Below are positions 48,281-55,572 of a DNA stretch of 64,000 nt, piece by piece (positions within the stretch are counted from its first letter, which is position 1; the number at the start of each line of letters is the position of its first letter). The notes beneath the pieces were generated by a model, which was not told where the DNA came from, made no database searches, and saw only the letters and a program-made list of their open reading frames with translations. Origin of the DNA: Gemmatimonadota bacterium (GTDB lineage Bacteria; Latescibacterota; UBA2968; UBA8231); the NCBI GenBank assembly GCA_038128265.1, contig JAYPJE010000013.1:9077-73076 (forward strand), read 5' to 3'. The position numbers and the translations under genes are program-made.

Positions 48281-50872
48281 ATGATCGGTAGGTGCCGGTG
48301 GCTGTGCGGTGTGCTGGTGGCCGTTTTCGCCTCGATGCTATTGGTTGGTGAACTGCGGGCACAGGGCCACAGGGTTAGTGCCAATCAGGTTGTTATCAAC
48401 GCGCAGAATCACTGGGAAAACTGGGTGTTTCCGCAGGGCACGCTCAGTGTCGTCGATGGCACCGTGCGGCCAAAGAGCATGCAGCGGAATACCAATGCGG
48501 TTGTCGATATCGTCGACTTTCTGCGTCTCAATACGCCCGATCACATCAAGAAAGACCCCGAAGATATCGGTCTGGTCGACGCAGTCAAAGCCGGCTCAAA
48601 TCCCGCCGATGCATTTAAGGCGATCGACGGCGATCCCACCACCTATTGGGAGCCAGCGCCGGTGCCCGCAGGCATTGACCTGCCTGCGCAGTGGTGGTAC
48701 AACCTCGACTTGGGCCGCTTTGTCTTCGCAAAGAAAATCGTCCTAAAATTTGTCGATGAAGACCTGGGCGACCCATTCTTGCTCTTTGACGTGCTTGTTT
48801 CCGACGGACTCAAACCCAAGCTCGCCCCCCTGTCGACGACGCCAAACTATTCTACGGTCATGCGTCTGTTACAGGAAAACAAGAGCCAGCGCGTCTTTGA
48901 AATCGACCTGCAAAATGCCGACAAAGAGACGCGCAGTCAGGGGCTGCGGTTTATTCAGATCGTGGTCAATGGAACCGACGGTGCGCGCGGCCGGCAGGTC
49001 ACAGAGGCCGAATACGACGAACTGCCGGCCGCCGAGCGCGGTGCAGTTGAATACTACAAATATCTGCTCGACGGCGGTCAGCTACAGGTAGACCAGGATG
49101 TCTACGAAAAGCTGAGCCCGGAAAAGCGAGCCGATATCCGCCACTTTCGTCGCGAGCGACCGCGCCTGGCCGAAATTGAGGTGTGGGGTGAAGGAGACGA
49201 GATTCTGAGTGGCACCGTTTCGCGCGGCGGCTTTATCTCCACAACGGAGCCGGGCGTGGCGTTGGGCCCCTTTATCGATGGCCGGCGAGAGAGCTCTTCC
49301 ATCGTCGTTTGGGGCGTGGGTGGTTGGACCGGGGCTACCACCGACATCAACAATCGCGAACTGTTTTTCGACCTAGGTACATTCTACTGGGTCGATACGC
49401 ATCTATTGGCCTACGGCGGCCGCAGCTTTGGGGACTACCGCATCGAAGTGTCGGACGGCAGCCTGGCCCCAGACGGCAGTTTGGAGTGGAATCGCGTGCT
49501 GAATCGCGATCAGGGCGGCGTGTACCAGCGCCCGTTTGAAGGCAACCGATTTGATCCCGTACAGGCGCGCTTTTTTCGCATGCAGTGGACGGTTGCCGCC
49601 TTTGGTGCCAGCGCTATACTGGCCGAAGTGCAGCTCTACGGCGAGGGATTTTTGCCGCGTTTGTCGCTTGAATCCGATTTGATTCGCCTCGGGGGAAGTC
49701 GAAACCTGCTCTCCATCGAATGGGACGCCGATACGCCGCCGGGGACGAGTGTGCAGATTCAGACGCGCACGGGTAATGAATTGGGCGAAATCTTGCACTA
49801 CTTCAAAAAGGACGGCACCGAAGTAACCGAGGCGCAATATGGCAAGCTGCTGTCGCTGTTCAAGGGAGATATTATTCCCGAAGAAGTGCCGGGCAACGAT
49901 TGGAGTGATTGGAGCGAACCCTATACTATTCCTTCCGGTAGTGTGATTACTTCGCCGTCGCCGCGCGAATATCTCAAGGTGCGCGCGACCTTGGTTTCGG
50001 ACGATCCGTCGGCTGCGGCTGCGCTGCGCTCTATTCGACTCAACTTCGTCGATCCGGTAGCGCAGGGACTGGTTGGAGAGGTCGTGCCCTTTCAGGTCGA
50101 TTCGCTGGGCATCGAGCGCCCTTTCTCCCTGTACATCCGACCGGATTTTTTGCGCAATGACAGCGGTTTTGACCAACTGCTTCTGGTTGCTCCTTCCGAT
50201 ATGGAATTGGCGTTTGCCGGCCTCTATGCCGGTTCGGAAGACGACTTTATTGCCGGGGGGGATATGGAACGCATGCGCGTGGAGGATGCGCTGGTGGCTG
50301 AAACCAATGCGGACAGTCTGCAGCTTCGCTTTCCGCTTGTTGGGCCCAATGGCGACGCGGAGCTACTGCGTCTCGATTTTCGCACGGCGCTGTTTTCTAC
50401 GGGTGCGGTGCTGCGGGCTTCACTGCAAAATGGATCCGGCGGATCGGCTGCCTGGCAGCGCGTAGACGCGGGTAATGCCGTTGCGCTGGGCGCGGGTAAT
50501 ACGACGACGCTGGTCGGCGCGGTCGGTCGCAACGAGCTACTCTATGACGTGCGGGTTGAGCCGCGTGCATTCTCACCCAACGGCGACGGGATTAATGACG
50601 ACACGGTCTTCGAGTTTACCGTTGTGCGCGTGGGCGATAGCAGTCCGGCAGAAGTAATTATCTACGATCTGAGCGGTCGTTCGGTGCGGCGCTTAGTTGA
50701 GCAGCGCGCGGTTAGCACGGGACCTCGATCTCTGCGCTGGGACGGGCGCGATGACGCCGGTCACGTCGTCATGCCGGGTATCTATTACGCGCGCCTGCGC
50801 GTTGCGACGGAAACGGCCGGTGCCGATATAGACAATGCCGAGGTGCTGCGTACGATATCGGTGGCCTACTGA
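48281..50872 (+). CDS. Class C paralogue, copy 3
   Basis: ATG 48281 after GGGAGA, signal LRA|Q, collinear with 43011 and 45647. Ends ISVAY. Confidence 0.82.
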   Translation: MIGRCRWLCGVLVAVFASMLLVGELRAQGHRVSANQVVINAQNHWENWVFPQGTLSVVDGTVRPKSMQRNTNAVVDIVDFLRLNTPDHIKKDPEDIGLVDAVKAGSNPADAFKAIDGDPTTYWEPAPVPAGIDLPAQWWYNLDLGRFVFAKKIVLKFVDEDLGDPFLLFDVLVSDGLKPKLAPLSTTPNYSTVMRLLQENKSQRVFEIDLQNADKETRSQGLRFIQIVVNGTDGARGRQVTEAEYDELPAAERGAVEYYKYLLDGGQLQVDQDVYEKLSPEKRADIRHFRRERPRLAEIEVWGEGDEILSGTVSRGGFISTTEPGVALGPFIDGRRESSSIVVWGVGGWTGATTDINNRELFFDLGTFYWVDTHLLAYGGRSFGDYRIEVSDGSLAPDGSLEWNRVLNRDQGGVYQRPFEGNRFDPVQARFFRMQWTVAAFGASAILAEVQLYGEGFLPRLSLESDLIRLGGSRNLLSIEWDADTPPGTSVQIQTRTGNELGEILHYFKKDGTEVTEAQYGKLLSLFKGDIIPEEVPGNDWSDWSEPYTIPSGSVITSPSPREYLKVRATLVSDDPSAAAALRSIRLNFVDPVAQGLVGEVVPFQVDSLGIERPFSLYIRPDFLRNDSGFDQLLLVAPSDMELAFAGLYAGSEDDFIAGGDMERMRVEDALVAETNADSLQLRFPLVGPNGDAELLRLDFRTALFSTGAVLRASLQNGSGGSAAWQRVDAGNAVALGAGNTTTLVGAVGRNELLYDVRVEPRAFSPNGDGINDDTVFEFTVVRVGDSSPAEVIIYDLSGRSVRRLVEQRAVSTGPRSLRWDGRDDAGHVVMPGIYYARLRVATETAGADIDNAEVLRTISVAY

Positions 50873-51070
50873 TAACGCTCTCCCCACACAATGCGTGCGA
50901 ACCCATATCGGCTGCCATCGGTGCAGTGTGCCGGCTTGCAGGTGCCAAGCCGGCGGCGCCAAATCTATTGCTCAGAAATTTGTTTTTGCGTTTGTGCGTG
51001 AGCGACCGCGTTGCTGGGCGTGTGTGCCAATTCAGGTGGGCCTGAGCCGCGTACTATGAGGGGAATGCGT

Positions 51071-52738
51071 ATGTTCGCTGCCATATATGCCGTGCGCCGG
51101 GGGTGGATCCTTCCCCTTACAGTCTGTATGGTTGCGGCCGTAGAGGGCGATCCGTTGCGGCTGCCTGGTGAGGGGGTAGGGGGGGGGCAATCGGAGGAGA
51201 TGGTGCAGCATCCAGTGCGTCCACAGCACCAGAAGGTTCAATCCGTTACGCCGGCTGACGAAGCGATACCGGGGCGGGCCGAAGCGATACTCTATTGTCA
51301 GACGTGTCATATTTTCGCCGAGCCCGATCTACTCGATCGCGCGACGTTGCACAACTTCGTGCTGCCTTTTCTCTCGGAGCGCCTGGGAATTCCTCCTGGC
51401 ACTACGTCGTTACCTGCCAATCCCATCGGTCGGCAGAAAGATCCCAAAGCGCTTGAGATCGTCAACAGGGCAGGCATCTACCCGGCGTACCCACTCGTGC
51501 CGCCGGATGCGTGGGAGAAGATCGTAGACTACTATTTGCAGGCTGCTCCCGAGGAGCCTTTGCCGCGCACGGAAGAACCGTCGATTCGCGCGGAATTGCC
51601 GCAGTTTGAGGTTTTCAAGCCGCGCTATCGTACGCCGTATCCCTTCACCACGTTAGTCGAGATCGATACGCTGCGAGGATGGATCTATGCGGGTGATTCG
51701 GCCGATAATTCACTGGTCATACTCGATGGTCAGGGACGGGAATTGCAAAAGATTCCTTCGATGCCCTCGCCGGTGGCCATCGAAAATCGAGCCGGAGCGG
51801 TGTGGGTGGCCTCCATTGGTTCGGTTTTTCCCTCCGACAATCCACGGGGCAAACTCGTCGCGTTCGAAAAAGATGGGCAGGGGCTGCTGAATATTCCTCC
51901 ACGCGATGTATTAACCGACCTGGCGCGGCCGACCTTTGCAACCTACGGCGACCTGAACGGCGACGGCAGGGAAGACATTGTCATGTCAAACTTTGGCTAT
52001 CGAGTGGGCCACCTTTCGTGGTTTGAAAACGCGGGGGAGGGGCGCTATAGAGAGCATATACTCAATGGCGAACCCGGTGCGCTTAGCAGTGTGCTGCACG
52101 ATTTTGATGGAAACGGCCTGCTCGATATTGCCGTGTTAATGGGGCAGGCGCGCGAAGGCGTGTTTATTTATTACAACGAAGGCGATGGGCACTTTACCGA
52201 GTCGTATGAGATTCAGTGGCCACCGTCGTACGGAGCGGCCCATATGACGCTGGTCGATTTTGACGGCGACGGTGCCATGGACATCCTAACGGCCAACGGC
52301 GACAATGCCGACTACACGCCGTTTGCCAAGCGCTATCACGGGGTGCGGCTGTATATGAACGACGGCACGAACCGCTTTACCGAGGTGCTCTTCTATCCGC
52401 AGCACGGATCCTATAAGGCGCTGCCCGTCGATTTCGATCAGGATGGCGATTTGGACATTGCCGCCATTTCGTTTTTTCCGGACTACGCTTCGGCACCGCA
52501 AGAGTCGTTTGTCTATTTGCAAAATAGGGGCAATATGCAGTTTGTCGCTCACACCTTTGCCGAGGCGCAGGACGCCCGCTGGTTGACGATGGATGCCGGA
52601 GACGTCGATTTGGACGGAGATGCGGATATTGTGTTGGGCGCTTTTGTGCGCGGAGGAAGCAATGTGCCGAAAGAGGTCGAGCAGCGCTGGCAGCGGGAGG
52701 CGACATCCGTGCTTATTTTGCGCAACAAACTGTTCTGA
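51071..52738 (+). CDS. FG-GAP/VCBS propeller protein with N-terminal c-type heme motif
   Basis: YCQTCHIFAEPDLLD (CxxCH), WEKIVDYY, then DLNGDGREDI, DFDGNGLLDI, DFDGDGAMDI, DFDQDGDLDI, DVDLDGDADI. Start chosen after GAGGGG. Confidence 0.82.
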   Translation: MFAAIYAVRRGWILPLTVCMVAAVEGDPLRLPGEGVGGGQSEEMVQHPVRPQHQKVQSVTPADEAIPGRAEAILYCQTCHIFAEPDLLDRATLHNFVLPFLSERLGIPPGTTSLPANPIGRQKDPKALEIVNRAGIYPAYPLVPPDAWEKIVDYYLQAAPEEPLPRTEEPSIRAELPQFEVFKPRYRTPYPFTTLVEIDTLRGWIYAGDSADNSLVILDGQGRELQKIPSMPSPVAIENRAGAVWVASIGSVFPSDNPRGKLVAFEKDGQGLLNIPPRDVLTDLARPTFATYGDLNGDGREDIVMSNFGYRVGHLSWFENAGEGRYREHILNGEPGALSSVLHDFDGNGLLDIAVLMGQAREGVFIYYNEGDGHFTESYEIQWPPSYGAAHMTLVDFDGDGAMDILTANGDNADYTPFAKRYHGVRLYMNDGTNRFTEVLFYPQHGSYKALPVDFDQDGDLDIAAISFFPDYASAPQESFVYLQNRGNMQFVAHTFAEAQDARWLTMDAGDVDLDGDADIVLGAFVRGGSNVPKEVEQRWQREATSVLILRNKLF

Positions 52739-52759
52739 GAGGAAGCGAAGAGGTACGCG

Positions 52760-53626
52760 ATGAAATATAGGCGATTTGGGCGGACAAATTTAGAGGTGAG
52801 CGCGGTAAGTTTGGGCGGAGCGTATATTGGCGGCCGCGATCCAGAGCGCGCGCAGGAGAATGCGGTAGAAATTGTATCGAGGGCGTGGGAGGCGGGGTGC
52901 AACTACATCGACACCGCGCCTCTATACGGCGACAGCGAACAGCTATTAGGACAAGCGCTTGCGCGGGTTGGACAGCCATTTTCGATAGCGACGAAGGTGG
53001 GCTTCAAGCCGGAGGGTTTCGACTACAAGCGCGATTCCGTAGTGGCAAGCATAGAGCGCAGCCTGGGGCTGCTCGGCGTCGAAAAGGTTGCGGTGGCGCA
53101 AATACACGAGGTAAATCTGGCTGGCTGGGAGCGCATTATGGAGCCAGGTGGCACGCTTGAGGGCCTGCGCGAAGCCCAGCGAAGAGGGCTATGTGACTTT
53201 GTCGGCATTACTGCGCGAGCCATCTCGCTGCTGGCCGAACTGGCGCAGACCGGTGAATTCGACACGGTGCTGTGCTATCACGATTACCACCCCTGCAAGA
53301 AGTTGGCTGCTGAGGAGGTCGTGCCGGCAGCGGCCGCTAACGATATGGGTATAGTAATTGCCACGCCGCTGGCCGGTGGAATTTACGTTGATAACGACGA
53401 GCAGGCAGCGGCCGTTGAGCAGTGGTTTGAAGAGGCGGACAGACCGCGCGTGTGGGGCATAATAGAAGAAATGAAACGGGCGCAGTCGACCCTGCCACAG
53501 AGCGCGTTTCGCTGGATCCTGGGCGACGGTCGCGTGTCGACGGTGTCGAGCGGTCCGTCAAACGTCGTCGAGTGGGACGAGGTCGTTGCGGCGGCGGATA
53601 TGGAGCCGCTCGCCCTCACCACGTGA
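52760..53626 (+). CDS. Aldo/keto reductase
   Basis: MKYRRFGRTNLEVSAVSLGG, IDTAPLYG, ATKVG, QIHE. Confidence 0.92.
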   Translation: MKYRRFGRTNLEVSAVSLGGAYIGGRDPERAQENAVEIVSRAWEAGCNYIDTAPLYGDSEQLLGQALARVGQPFSIATKVGFKPEGFDYKRDSVVASIERSLGLLGVEKVAVAQIHEVNLAGWERIMEPGGTLEGLREAQRRGLCDFVGITARAISLLAELAQTGEFDTVLCYHDYHPCKKLAAEEVVPAAAANDMGIVIATPLAGGIYVDNDEQAAAVEQWFEEADRPRVWGIIEEMKRAQSTLPQSAFRWILGDGRVSTVSSGPSNVVEWDEVVAAADMEPLALTT

Positions 53627-53702
53627 GGCACTTTGTGCAACGCTATAATCCCTGTGGCTTAGGTGCAAATATGGAGTGGATGCGGAAGAGGGGTGGCACG
53701 CT

Positions 53703-55538
53703 GTGACAGATAGAAGCATCCGGGGATATGGGTCGCTGTGGCTCGTATTGGGATTGGGCTTTGCCCTGCGCGTTGCCTATGTCTTTGAGATTGACCAGAG
53801 TCCACTTTTTTTCTATCCCGCCGTTGATTCGGAAACCTATACGCACCAGGCCGAGCGCATAGCCGCTGGCAACTGGCTCTATGCGGGGCAGGGCCCCTTC
53901 TGGCAGCCACCGCTCTACCCCTACGTTCTAGCCGCGTTTAAAACGCTCTTTCCGGATTGGTTTTTCCACGTCGTACGCCTTTTTCAGGCGCTGCTGGGTG
54001 CGCTGGTGTGCGGCATGGCGTGGTGGATTGGACGCTACCTGTTCAATGGAACGGTTGGACTAATCGCCGGCACGTTGGTCGCTCTTTCTGGGTCGCTGAT
54101 CTTTTTTGACGGCGAATTGTTGCCCGCTTCGTTGGCGACGTTCCTCAATATGGCAGCACTGGTTGCGCTGCTGTGCGCCTGGCGTTATCCCACAGTTGGG
54201 CGCTTTGCCATCTGTGGTGTGGCGCTGGGGACGGCCGCTGTAACCGTTCCAACCGTGCTGCTTTTTGCCGCGGCAGTGCCCGTAGGTCTGCTGCGAAAAT
54301 TTGCCAATCGGCAGGGCGGTATATTTGCCGCCGTTTTCCTCGTGGGGTTGGCGCTGCCGATCGCGCCGGTTGCCGCTCGAAACTACGCCGTTGGCGGCGA
54401 TGCCGTTCTGATCTCCTACAACATGGGAATCAACTTTTACATTGGCAACAACGCCGAGTACGAGCGCACGGTGGCCATTCGTCCGGGCTGGGAATGGGAC
54501 GAGCTGGTCGCTCTACCTGCTCAGTCTGGCATTACGCGTCCGTCGGAAAAGTCGGCCTACTTTATGCGTCGGGCATGGGACTATATTGCGGCAGACACGG
54601 CGGGTTGGACGGCGCTGATGGTGGGCAAACTCGCCCAGTTCTGGCACGGCGACGAGCAGGGACGCAACCAGCCCATCTACTTTTGGCGCAATGATTCAAC
54701 GGTGCTCTCTGCGACCTTGTGGAAAGCCGGTATAGCCTTTCCCTTTGGCCTTGTCGCTCCGATGGCCCTATGGGGCTTGCTGATGAGCTTGCGGCGCGTG
54801 GGGCCGACGTGGCCAGCGGTGTATGCCTTGAGCTACTGGCTGGCGGTCGCGCTGTTTTTTGTCGCGGCGCGCTATAGGGTGCCGGCGCTGCCCGTACTCG
54901 CCGTATTTGCTGCATACGGTGCGTGGTCCATAGTCGACTTGTTGCGCGCTGGTCACTGGCGCAATGCGGGTTTGGGGCTGGCGGTGTGTGTGGCCTTTGC
55001 CGTCCCGGCCAATTGGAACACGGGTTCGATGAACATGGGTGGAGATACGGCCATTCACTACAACCTGGGCAATGCCTATGCCAAAGCCGGCGATCGCCAC
55101 AGGGCGATGGCCGCTTTTGCCCAGTCCGTTAGGGAGGATTCGCTGCACTGGCAGGCGTGGCTGAATTTGGGCAGCGTCAAAGGATCGCTGGGCGATGTGC
55201 GCGGCGCCGGAGAGATCTTTGAGCGACTGGCGCGCGCGGCGCCCAACCAGGTCGAACCGTGGGTTAACCTGGCCCACGTTCGGGTTATGCAGCGCGATGC
55301 TGACGGTGCGTTTGCCGCCTATGAACAGGCGCTTGCACTCAATCCCAAGCTGCTAGCAGTCTATGTCGAAATGATGACGCTATACGGCCAGTTGGGCGAT
55401 CTGGCACAGGCCGCACAGGTGCTCAAGCGCTCAATTGACCAACTTCCCGGCGAACGCGCGCGGCTGCGCCAGCTATACGACAGTGTGCAAATGCGCGCGC
55501 TGTCGCAGGGGCGCGATGGGCAGGGAATGAATCGCTAG
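53703..55538 (+). CDS. GT-C superfamily (PMT_2/ArnT-like) membrane glycosyltransferase fused to C-terminal TPRs
   Basis: ALRVAY..DSETY..A, PFWQPPLYPYVLA, RNY, GINFYIGNN, RYRVP, about 11 TM segments, then about 4 TPRs. GTG start inferred. Confidence 0.82.
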   Translation: MTDRSIRGYGSLWLVLGLGFALRVAYVFEIDQSPLFFYPAVDSETYTHQAERIAAGNWLYAGQGPFWQPPLYPYVLAAFKTLFPDWFFHVVRLFQALLGALVCGMAWWIGRYLFNGTVGLIAGTLVALSGSLIFFDGELLPASLATFLNMAALVALLCAWRYPTVGRFAICGVALGTAAVTVPTVLLFAAAVPVGLLRKFANRQGGIFAAVFLVGLALPIAPVAARNYAVGGDAVLISYNMGINFYIGNNAEYERTVAIRPGWEWDELVALPAQSGITRPSEKSAYFMRRAWDYIAADTAGWTALMVGKLAQFWHGDEQGRNQPIYFWRNDSTVLSATLWKAGIAFPFGLVAPMALWGLLMSLRRVGPTWPAVYALSYWLAVALFFVAARYRVPALPVLAVFAAYGAWSIVDLLRAGHWRNAGLGLAVCVAFAVPANWNTGSMNMGGDTAIHYNLGNAYAKAGDRHRAMAAFAQSVREDSLHWQAWLNLGSVKGSLGDVRGAGEIFERLARAAPNQVEPWVNLAHVRVMQRDADGAFAAYEQALALNPKLLAVYVEMMTLYGQLGDLAQAAQVLKRSIDQLPGERARLRQLYDSVQMRALSQGRDGQGMNR

Positions 55539-55572
55539 CGCTCGGCCTATTGGCATCAGCGCGCCAAGTGCG

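Larger units (their letters stand above)
43011..50872 (+). repeat. Tandem triplication of a ~2.63-kb gene unit
   Basis: Three collinear ORFs. DNA is visibly near-identical over about 44395-44900, 47037-47550 and 49670-50170 (e.g. GATACGCCRCCGGGSACGAGYGTGCAGATTCARACGCGCAC). Confidence 0.85.

Noticed and set aside
39133..50872. Diversity-generating retroelement or shufflon behind the variable loops
   Set aside because: No reverse transcriptase, template repeat or recombinase is visible, and the differences include indels and all base types rather than adenine-specific changes.
28029..50872. Flagellar hook-capping protein FlgD
   Set aside because: Only a C-terminal Ig-like domain resembles FlgD. 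The proteins have Sec signals and no flagellar genes are present.
50930..50954. 9-bp hairpin GCCGGCTTG/CAAGCCGGC after the triplet (similar short hairpin at 63554-63578)
   Set aside because: No adjacent U-tract, and short GC stems arise easily by chance here.
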